Shown here one piece after another: positions 1 to 7,394 of a stretch of 21,378 nt of DNA. The stretch comes from Nitrospinota bacterium (GTDB lineage Bacteria; UBA8248). The translations under genes were made by a program, and so were the position numbers. The notes below the pieces were generated by a model. It was not told where the DNA came from and made no database searches. It worked only from the letters and a program-made list of their open reading frames with translations. How positions within the stretch are numbered: position 1 is the first letter of the stretch; every line of letters begins with the position of its first letter. The stretch is taken from positions 1 to 21,378 of the forward strand of contig JAYGFR010000201.1 in NCBI GenBank assembly GCA_046581755.1, written 5' to 3'.

Positions 1-1
1 T

Positions 2-574
2 GTCTTCGATGGCCGAAAGAGCCGGGTGTCGTTTACGTTTCGGGGGGTTGTCATTCCACATGACGGGTATTTCGGGGTCCTGAAAGGGGAAATCTTTCTG
101 GGAGCGAGGGATCTGATCCGGAACGCGGCGGGAAATATGGAGATCCGGGCCGCTTCGGTGCGGGCGGAAAAATCCGATCAACAATGGATGCTCCATCATC
201 AGGTTCTCGAAGCACCGCAGTTTCCCGCCATCGAGCTTCGGGTGTCGGGCGTAGAGGTGGTGGACGGCCCCGTGGTGCGCCGGTTCCGCTACCGCAGCAG
301 CGAGAAGACCTGGCGGCTCCGCGCGGCGGGAATGCTGAAAATTCATGGGGTCGAAAAAAAGCTCCCCATTTCCTTCCAGGTATCGGACACGGGAACGAAT
401 CTGTATATTAGGGGCAGGGGAGTTCTCCGTCTTTCCGATTTCGGAATGTCCCGGCCCCGGGTGCTCCTGGTCGTGCCCGGAAGCGACACGGTCGAGGTCC
501 GCGTCCGCATCGTGGCCGCCCCGGCTCCCCGCCGTGAGGATCCGGACGCGCCGCGGCCATCGCAACGCAGGTGA
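2..574 (+). CDS. YceI-like (lipid/polyisoprenoid-binding) protein, 5'-truncated by the window edge
   Basis: Frame is open from base 2 (VFDGRKSRVSFTF...). YceI-like beta-barrel pattern: SxVxF, LxAxQFPxI, GxLxIHGVEK, LRLSDFGM. Confidence 0.65.
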   Translation, partial: VFDGRKSRVSFTFRGVVIPHDGYFGVLKGEIFLGARDLIRNAAGNMEIRAASVRAEKSDQQWMLHHQVLEAPQFPAIELRVSGVEVVDGPVVRRFRYRSSEKTWRLRAAGMLKIHGVEKKLPISFQVSDTGTNLYIRGRGVLRLSDFGMSRPRVLLVVPGSDTVEVRVRIVAAPAPRREDPDAPRPSQRR

Positions 575-658
575 AATCCAGCTACTCTAGGGTCATCCGA
601 CCGAACCATTTCCAGGACCGGTGCGGCCGGGCCTGCCAGGACTGAAGGAGGCAACGCC

Positions 659-1810
659 GTGGATTTTGAGTTTACCGAGATTCAGAACGATGTCCGGGCC
701 ATGATGAAGGATTTCGTCGCGCGCGAGGTCATGCCCATCGCGATGGAATATGAGCACGAGGACCGCTACCCGATGCCGGTGGTGAAAAAAATGAAGGAGC
801 TCGGCTTCTTCGGCCTCACCATCCCCGAGGAATATGGCGGGGGCGGCCTGGACGAGGTTTGCTATGCCATCGCTATGGAAGAGCTTTCGGTCGGCTGGAT
901 GAGTGTCGCCGGTATTTTGGGCACCCACATGATGACCGCCTGGATGATCCTCCATTACGGGACCGAAGAGCAAAAGAGCACCTACCTGCCCAAGATGGCG
1001 ACGGGCGAGTGGCACTCGGGCATGGCGCTCACCGAGCCGGGCTCGGGCTCGGACGCCGCCGCCCTGCGCACGACCGCCGTGAAAGAAGAAAATCAGTGGG
1101 TGCTCAACGGGACCAAGATGTTCATCTCGAACGCTGAAAACGGCACCATGTTTTCCGTCTTCACGCGAACCGACCCGGACGCCCCGAAGGCGAAGGGAAT
1201 TTCGTGCATCATGGTCCACAAGGGAACGCCGGGGTTTCAGGTGAGCCGGCACCTCAAGAAAATGGGCTACCGGGGAATCCGGACGAGCGAGCTGATATTC
1301 GAGGACGCGCGCGTTCCGCTCGAAAACCTCTTGGGCGGGAAGAACGAGGGATTTCCCATGATCATGAGCGCCCTGGAGGGCGGGCGCATCAACGTCGCCG
1401 CCCGCAGCGTGGGCCTCGCGCGGGCCGCCTTCGAGGATTCGGTACGCTACGCCCAGCAAAGGGAAACCTTCGGCAAACCCCTCGCCCAGCATCAACTCAT
1501 CGCCGCCAAGCTGGCCGAAATGGCCACGCGAATTGAGGCCTCGAAGCTCCTCACCTATCAGGCGGCCACCATGAAGGCGGCGGGCAAGCGGTGTGACCTC
1601 GAGGCCGGCATGGCGAAGTTCATGGCCTCCGAGACGGCCGAATTCTGCGCGAGCGAGGCCATCCAGGTCCACGGCGGGATGGGCTACATTCAGGAGCTTC
1701 CGGTCGAGCGCTACTTCCGCGACTCCAAGCTTCTCGTCGTCGGCGAGGGGTCGAACGAAATCCAGCGGCTCATCATCGCCAAGCGGCTGCTGGAGCTTTA
1801 TCCGGCCTAA
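659..1810 (+). CDS. acyl-CoA dehydrogenase
   Basis: GTG start after AAGGAGG. Motifs ALTEPGSGSDA, WVLNGTKMFISN, RETFGKPL, QVHGGMGY and GEGSNEIQR (catalytic Glu). Confidence 0.95.
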   Translation: MDFEFTEIQNDVRAMMKDFVAREVMPIAMEYEHEDRYPMPVVKKMKELGFFGLTIPEEYGGGGLDEVCYAIAMEELSVGWMSVAGILGTHMMTAWMILHYGTEEQKSTYLPKMATGEWHSGMALTEPGSGSDAAALRTTAVKEENQWVLNGTKMFISNAENGTMFSVFTRTDPDAPKAKGISCIMVHKGTPGFQVSRHLKKMGYRGIRTSELIFEDARVPLENLLGGKNEGFPMIMSALEGGRINVAARSVGLARAAFEDSVRYAQQRETFGKPLAQHQLIAAKLAEMATRIEASKLLTYQAATMKAAGKRCDLEAGMAKFMASETAEFCASEAIQVHGGMGYIQELPVERYFRDSKLLVVGEGSNEIQRLIIAKRLLELYPA

Positions 1811-1842
1811 CCCAAAAACCAATCAGCCAGGAGGAGGATTCG

Positions 1843-2346
1843 ATGCCCAATTTTCAGATGGGCCGGTGGTACGAGGATTTCATCATTGGGGAGGTCATCA
1901 AGCACCGCCCGGGGCGGACGATATTGGAGTCGGACAACACCCAGTTCACTCTGCTCACGGGCAATACCCACCCGATTCATTTCGATCACCACTATGCGTC
2001 CAAGACCCAGTTCGGCAAGCCGCTCGTGAACTCGGCTCTCACGCTTGCCGTCGTGACCGGGATGTCGGTGACCGACACCTCCTACCGATCGATCGCCAAC
2101 CTCGAGTGGGAGTTCATCAAGATGCCCAACCCGGTTTTTCATGGGGACACTCTTTACGCGGAAACCGAAATTCTCGATAAGCGCGAGTCGCGCTCCAAGC
2201 CCGACCGCGGAATCCTCCACATGGAGACCCGCGCCCACAACCAGCGGGGCGAGCTCATCATGGAATTCCGGCGCAAGTCGCTTGTCGCGAAAAAGGGCAT
2301 GGGCGCCATCCCCGACTACGAGAACATCCCCCTCGACGGGAAGTAG
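1843..2346 (+). CDS. MaoC-family (R)-specific enoyl-CoA hydratase, RipB/Rv2499c-like
   Basis: Strong RBS AGGAGGAGG. Motifs YEDF..G, HRPGRTI.ESDN..F..LT.N.HPIH.D, PVFHGDTLYAETEI, KRES.S.PDRGI. Confidence 0.9.
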   Translation: MPNFQMGRWYEDFIIGEVIKHRPGRTILESDNTQFTLLTGNTHPIHFDHHYASKTQFGKPLVNSALTLAVVTGMSVTDTSYRSIANLEWEFIKMPNPVFHGDTLYAETEILDKRESRSKPDRGILHMETRAHNQRGELIMEFRRKSLVAKKGMGAIPDYENIPLDGK

Positions 2347-2684
2347 GCTCAGCGGAGATCAGGCGGATGCCGCCCTCCCCCGCGCCTCGGTAACGCACCA
2401 GGGCGCGAAGGCCCCAATGGCCGGCCACGCCCGGCACCGGTGTTTTAAGTGCTTCGCATCACTCCGGTCCCAGGGAATTTCCGCTGCTCGAAGGGGCGGT
2501 TGCCGAATCGACCGACCGGCCGAGGTCGCCGGAGGGGATCCTCCTTTGCCCGCTCCGATTCGATTCGTTAAGATAAAAAACAATCCGTTACGATTCGATA
2601 AAGTTCCTCCGGCCGGGAATGGTCCGGCCGGGGCCGGCGCAGCGGTTCTCGCCAATGTTCGTGCGCAACGAGAAAGGAGACACC

Positions 2685-4139
2685 ATGTCCGATGAACATT
2701 ATCCCATGCTGATCGGCGGCCAGTGGGTCGAGGCCGATGACAATGGGCGGTTCGAGGTCGATGACCCGGCAACGGGAGAGACGGTGGCCACCGTGGCCGA
2801 CGGGGGCGTCGCCGAGATGGCGCGGGCCATTGACGCGGCCCATGCGGCGTTTCCGGGTTGGTCCACCACCCCCGGCAAGGAGCGCGGGGCGATCCTCCGA
2901 AAAATCGAACTCGGAATCCTGGATCGGGTGGAGGAGATCGGGCGGCTGATGGTGCTCGAAAATGGCAAGCCCTTTGCCGAGGCCAAGGGCGAGGTGGGTT
3001 TTTCGGCGGGTTATTTCAACTGGTATGCCGAGGAGGCGCGCCGCGCCTACGGAGAAACGGTCCCCTCTCCATTCGCGAACAAGCGCCTCTGGGTCCAGGC
3101 CTCGCCGGTCGGCGTTGTGGGCGCCATCACGCCCTGGAATTTTCCGGCCAACATGATCACCCGCAAGATCGCCCCCGCGATGGCCGCGGGCTGCACGGTT
3201 GTGCTCAGGCCCTCTTCAGCCACCCCGCTGACCGCGCTGGCGATCGCCAAGGCCTGCCATGAGGCGGGGCTTCCGCCCGGTGTGCTCAACGTTGTGACGG
3301 GAAAGCGCTCGGGCCCAATGGCGGGCGAGCTCATGAAAAACCCGAAAGTCAAGAAAATCGGCTTCACCGGATCGACCGACGTGGGGAAGATCCTCATGGA
3401 ACAGGCCGCTTCCCAGATCAAGCGGATCACGTTCGAACTGGGCGGGAACGCGCCGTTCATCGTGTTCGATGACGCCGACTTGGACGCCGCGGTCGAGGGG
3501 GCGGTCGGGATCAAATATCTGCGCGTCGGCGGGCAATCGTGCATCTGCGCGAACCGCATCTATATCCAGGAAGGCATCGCGGATCGCTTCATCCCCGCCT
3601 TCGTCGAAAAGGTCAAGGTGCTCAAAGTCGGGCCGGGCTTCGAGCTGGGCATGCAGGTGGGGCCCATGATCAGCGAGAGCGCCCGCAAGGGGATTCACGC
3701 TCTGGTCGTGGACGCCAAGGAGCGGGGGGCGGAGGTGCTGGCGGGCGGCGATTCGCTCACCGAAGGGGCTCTCGCGAAGGGCTATTTCTACGCGCCCACC
3801 GTGCTTTTGGGCGTCGAGGACAGCTGGCCCGTCTGCCAGGAGGAGATATTCGGCCCGGTGGCGCCCATCATGACCTTCAAAACCGAAGAAGAGCTCATCC
3901 CCCGGGCGAACGATACGATCTTCGGCCTGGCGTGCTACCTCTACACCCGGGATATGGCGCGCGTGGTGCGTGTGACCGAACAGCTCGACTACGGGCTCAT
4001 CGGGGTGAACGACGCCGCCGGATACACCCACGAGATACCCTTCGGCGGATTCAAGGAGAGTGGCCTCGGCCGCGAGGGCGGCAAGCAAGGCCTCGCCATG
4101 TACCTGGAGGTCAAATCGGTGGTGCTGAATCTGGGCTGA
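2685..4139 (+). CDS. NAD(P)-dependent aldehyde dehydrogenase, GabD/succinate-semialdehyde dehydrogenase family
   Basis: ATG at 2685 after AAAGGAGA (the ORF-track start at 2619 is probably too far upstream). Motifs ITPWNFP, FTGST, ELGGNAP, GQSCIC, EEIFGPV, PFGGFKESGLGREG. Confidence 0.93.
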   Translation: MSDEHYPMLIGGQWVEADDNGRFEVDDPATGETVATVADGGVAEMARAIDAAHAAFPGWSTTPGKERGAILRKIELGILDRVEEIGRLMVLENGKPFAEAKGEVGFSAGYFNWYAEEARRAYGETVPSPFANKRLWVQASPVGVVGAITPWNFPANMITRKIAPAMAAGCTVVLRPSSATPLTALAIAKACHEAGLPPGVLNVVTGKRSGPMAGELMKNPKVKKIGFTGSTDVGKILMEQAASQIKRITFELGGNAPFIVFDDADLDAAVEGAVGIKYLRVGGQSCICANRIYIQEGIADRFIPAFVEKVKVLKVGPGFELGMQVGPMISESARKGIHALVVDAKERGAEVLAGGDSLTEGALAKGYFYAPTVLLGVEDSWPVCQEEIFGPVAPIMTFKTEEELIPRANDTIFGLACYLYTRDMARVVRVTEQLDYGLIGVNDAAGYTHEIPFGGFKESGLGREGGKQGLAMYLEVKSVVLNLG

Positions 4140-4259
4140 TCGCACCGGGGGCGCCCGAATCGACGTTTGAGTGAATTGTTTCCGGGTGAATGTATCGCCG
4201 CTCGGCCCGCCCCGCCTCCCCCGGGCCGGGCATCCGTGTAGTTTCCTCCCATTTTCCCT

Positions 4260-4288
4260 TTCGATCCGGAATGGGCTCGTGGTAGTAT
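4260..4288 (+). promoter_or_regulatory. putative sigma70 promoter with extended -10 upstream of the aminotransferase
   Basis: TTCGAT (4260-4265), 17-nt spacer, TAGTAT (4283-4288), with TG at 4280-4281. Confidence 0.4.
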
Positions 4289-4406
4289 CTGCGGCTCTGC
4301 GTTCGCCCTGGAGGCCTTGACTGCCGGCCTGGGTGGGTTGTGAGGCGTTCTTATTCGTCCCCTCGTTGGGGCGGGATTTATTATCCCTTTGATTGAGGAA
4401 ATTCGA

Positions 4407-5591
4407 ATGACGGTTGGAGAACTAAATCCGCACCTGCGTCTTCTTCTGGGCCCCGGGCCCAGCCCTGTCCACCCCCGCGTACTCAAGACGATGAGCACGA
4501 ACGTGGTTGGCCATTTGGACCCGGACTTTCTCCAGGTGATGGACGATTGCAGGTCATGCTCCGGGATCTTTTCGGGACGAAAAACCGCGTGACCTTCCCC
4601 GTATCCGGAACCGGCAGCGCTGGGATGGAAGCTGCGGTGTGCAACGTGATCGAGCCGGGCGATAAGGCCATCATCTGCATCAACGGCGTTTTCGGAACCC
4701 GTATGGCCGATGTCGCCGACCGCTACGGGGCCGAGGTCAACCAGGTCGAGGTCCCCTGGAGCCAGCCCATCGATCCGGCGGATGTAAAAAAGGCGCTCGA
4801 CGCGAATCCGGACGCCACCCTGGTGGGCATCGTCCACGCCGAAACGAGCACGGGCGTGCTTCAGCCGATGGAGGAGATTGGGGCTGCCTGCCAGAGCCAC
4901 GGTGCCCTCCTCCTCCTGGATTGCGTGACCTCGCTCGGTGGCGTGCCGGTCGAGGTGGACAAGTGGGGCGTCGAGATCGCCTACAGCGGAACCCAGAAGT
5001 GCCTTTCCTGCCCGCCGGGGTTGGCCCCGCTGACCATGAGCGAGCGGGCTCTCGGGAAAATGCGCGAGCGAAAGGACAAGGTGAAAAGCTGGTACTTCGA
5101 TGTTTCGATGATCGAAAAATACTGGGGGAGCGACCGCTCCTACCACCACACCGGACCCATCACGATGAACTACGCCATCCGCGAAGCCCTCCGGCTGGTG
5201 TTCGAGGAGGGGCTGAAGAACCGCTTCGCCCGCCATGCCCTGGCCAGCAAGGCGCTTCAGGCCGGAATCGAGGCCCTGGGCCTGTCCATGTTCGCCCAGG
5301 AGGGAGCCCCGCACCCCTACCCTCAATACGGTCGCCATCGGCGGGAATATCGACGATGCGGGGGTCCGCAAGGCGCTTCTCCACGACTTTGACATCGAAA
5401 TCGGAGGCGGGCTGGGCCCTGTCGCGGGCAAAGCCTGGAGAATTGGCTTGATGGGCCATGGTGCCCAGCAGGCGAATGTGACCTATCTGATATCGGCATT
5501 GGAGGTGATTTTCAAGAAGTTAGGGTATACTGACAGGGTGGGCGATGCGTCGGCCGCCGTCACGCGTGTGTATGCGGAGGCCATCGCCTGA
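4407..5591 (+). CDS. alanine/serine-glyoxylate aminotransferase family (PLP class V), interrupted by two 1-nt frameshifts (about 4550 and 5307-5310) that are probably sequencing errors
   Basis: The N-terminal [12 protein letters not shown], central [28 protein letters not shown] and SGTQKCLS (PLP Lys), and C-terminal IEIGGGLG...WRIGLMG motifs lie in three consecutive ORF pieces. Joined, they give about 394 aa. Confidence 0.88.
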
Positions 5592-5616
5592 GCGATCAGT
5601 GAAAGGAGCCACTGCG

Positions 5617-5826
5617 ATGTTCCCGTTCGGAGTTACGGAAATCCTTGTCGTTCTCCTGATCTGCGTGCTTGTATTTGGCGCAAAGCGCCTGCCCGAAATC
5701 GGCTCCGGCCTGGCTTCGGGGATCAAGAACTTCAAGAAGGGGCTCAGCGGCGACGAATTGCCCGAAAAGAAGGAAGAGCCCGTGGCCTCGGTCACCGGAA
5801 AACCGGCTGACGGGGATAATGGCTAG
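5617..5826 (+). CDS. tatA: twin-arginine translocase subunit TatA/TatE
   Basis: ATG at 5617 after AAAGGAG. MFPFGVTEILVVLLICVLVFGAKRLPEIGSGLASGIKNFKKGL gives a TM helix, FG hinge and amphipathic helix. Confidence 0.93.
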   Translation: MFPFGVTEILVVLLICVLVFGAKRLPEIGSGLASGIKNFKKGLSGDELPEKKEEPVASVTGKPADGDNG

Positions 5827-5854
5827 GGCGGCGCTCTAAGAGAAGTAACTATGA

Positions 5855-5970
5855 CCAGCCTCCGAGCGCAGGTGCTCTAAGGCGCCGACATCCATGCGGC
5901 GCTAGGAGACCGCGCCGAAGGGTCGCGCTGGAAACGGGGCGGCCTCCCGGTATCTGGAAAGGAGCGCTGG
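5855..5970 (+). ncRNA. Moco/Tuco RNA motif (molybdenum/tungsten cofactor riboswitch aptamer)
   Basis: Conserved CTCCGAGC...GCCGAAGGGT...GAAA...GCCTCCCG.TAT.TGGAAAGGAG. P1 pairs CCAGCCTCC (5855-5863) with GGAGCGCTGG (5961-5970). P4 has a GAAA tetraloop at 5931-5934. Lies directly upstream of moeA-moeA-moaA. Confidence 0.9.
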
Positions 5971-6036
5971 GCCGGTGGCATTGCCGGGGTTCCCTCTGGA
6001 CCCTCCGGCGCCTCGAAAGAGATGGCCGGATGCCAT

Positions 6037-6073
6037 GCCAGCCCCGCGTTTGCGGCGGCTGGCTTTTTCATTT
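6037..6073 (+). terminator. intrinsic terminator (riboswitch expression platform)
   Basis: GCCAGCCCCGC-GTTT-GCGGCGGCTGGC hairpin followed by TTTTTCATTT, between the aptamer and the moeA start. Confidence 0.8.
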
Positions 6074-6104
6074 CCATTTTTATCCGGCGGAATGGAGCGG
6101 GAGA

Positions 6105-7388
6105 TTGGAATTTTTCAAGGTTGTATCGCCCGAGGAGGCCCGTGAGGCGGCGAGGGGTTTTCTTCCCCTGCCGGCCGAGGAGGTTTCCTCGTTCGACGCC
6201 GTGGGCCGCGTCCTGGCCGAGGATGTCCTCAGCCCGGAGAGTCTTCCCGAGTTCGCCCGGTCCATCATGGACGGGTATGCCGTCCGGGCACCGGATACAT
6301 TTGGCGCGAGCGATTCGATCCCAGCCTATCTGGAGCTTGTGGGCCATGTCCCCATGGGGTCGGCCCCGGCGTTCGAGGTGGGCAGAGGCCAAGCGGCCCG
6401 GATCAACACCGGAGGGATGATGCCCGCCGGCGCCGATGCCGTCGTGATGGAGGAGTACACCACCGCTCCCGACGAGGGGACGGTGGAAATCCGCCGGCCC
6501 GGAGCGGTGGGCGAAAACGTTCTTGGCGTGGGCGACGATTTAAAGGCGGGCGAGCGCATTCTCCCGGCGGGGTCCCGGCTTCGAAGCCAGGATATCGGCG
6601 CCTTCTCGGCGGTGGGGATCACGGCGCTCAAGGTCCACCGCCGGCCGCGTGTGGCAATTCTTCCGACGGGGGATGAACTGGTGGACCCAAGCCAGAAGCC
6701 CGGCCCCGGCCAGATTCGGGACATCAACCGCTTCTCGCTGGCGGCGGCCGTAATCGAGTCGGGGGGGATTCCCGAAACCGAGGAGATTCTTCCGGACGAT
6801 CTGGCCACCATCAAAAGCCGCCTGGCCGAAGCGGTGGAGCGCGTGGATGTGGCTCTGATATCGGGTGGCAGTTCGATAGGGATGCGCGATTTCGCCGTCG
6901 AGGCCATCGACTCGCTTGGAGAGCCCGGCGTGCTCGTTCACGGGATTTCCATCAAGCCGGGAAAGCCCACCATCATCGGCCGTGTGCGGCGCGGGGGGGC
7001 CGATAAGGCGGTGGTCGGGATACCGGGGCACCCGGTTTCGGCGCTGATGATCTTTCATGCTTTCGTGAGGCCCATCCTCCGCCAGTTGAGCGGCGAGGCG
7101 GCCTCGGAGCTGGACCGCGAAAAGGGGGTTCTCGCCAGACTCTCGAGAAATCTGCCCTCCGCGCCGGGACGCGAGGATCTGGTTCGCGTCAAGCTGGAGC
7201 GGGAGGGAGAGGGGTTCGCCGCCCATCCCCTGATGGGCAATTCGGCGATGATATCGACCATGACGGGTGCGGACGGGTTCATCACGGTCCCGCTCGAAAA
7301 CGAAGGCATCAGGGCCGGCGCGGAGGTTCGCGTCACCCTTTACGGAGCCATTTTAGTAGAAGTCTGGGTTAAAAAAGGTAAGGTTTAG
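6105..7388 (+). CDS. moeA: molybdopterin molybdo/tungstotransferase MoeA (paralog 1)
   Basis: Likely TTG start at 6105 after GGAGCGGGAG. Motifs GRVLAEDV, SIMDGYAV, INTGGMMPAGADAVVMEE, TGDEL, SGGSSIG, IKPGKP, GIPGHPVS. Confidence 0.93.
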   Translation: MEFFKVVSPEEAREAARGFLPLPAEEVSSFDAVGRVLAEDVLSPESLPEFARSIMDGYAVRAPDTFGASDSIPAYLELVGHVPMGSAPAFEVGRGQAARINTGGMMPAGADAVVMEEYTTAPDEGTVEIRRPGAVGENVLGVGDDLKAGERILPAGSRLRSQDIGAFSAVGITALKVHRRPRVAILPTGDELVDPSQKPGPGQIRDINRFSLAAAVIESGGIPETEEILPDDLATIKSRLAEAVERVDVALISGGSSIGMRDFAVEAIDSLGEPGVLVHGISIKPGKPTIIGRVRRGGADKAVVGIPGHPVSALMIFHAFVRPILRQLSGEAASELDREKGVLARLSRNLPSAPGREDLVRVKLEREGEGFAAHPLMGNSAMISTMTGADGFITVPLENEGIRAGAEVRVTLYGAILVEVWVKKGKV

Positions 7389-7394
7389 CCGAAA

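Noticed and set aside
2347..2560. Cobalamin riboswitch or 6S RNA in the spacer before the ALDH
   Set aside because: I found no B12-box or other conserved core on either strand, and no clear 6S central bubble.
6030..6104. N-terminal extension of MoeA in the ORF track
   Set aside because: It overlaps the riboswitch terminator. The TTG at 6105 has an RBS and gives a typical MoeA N-terminus.
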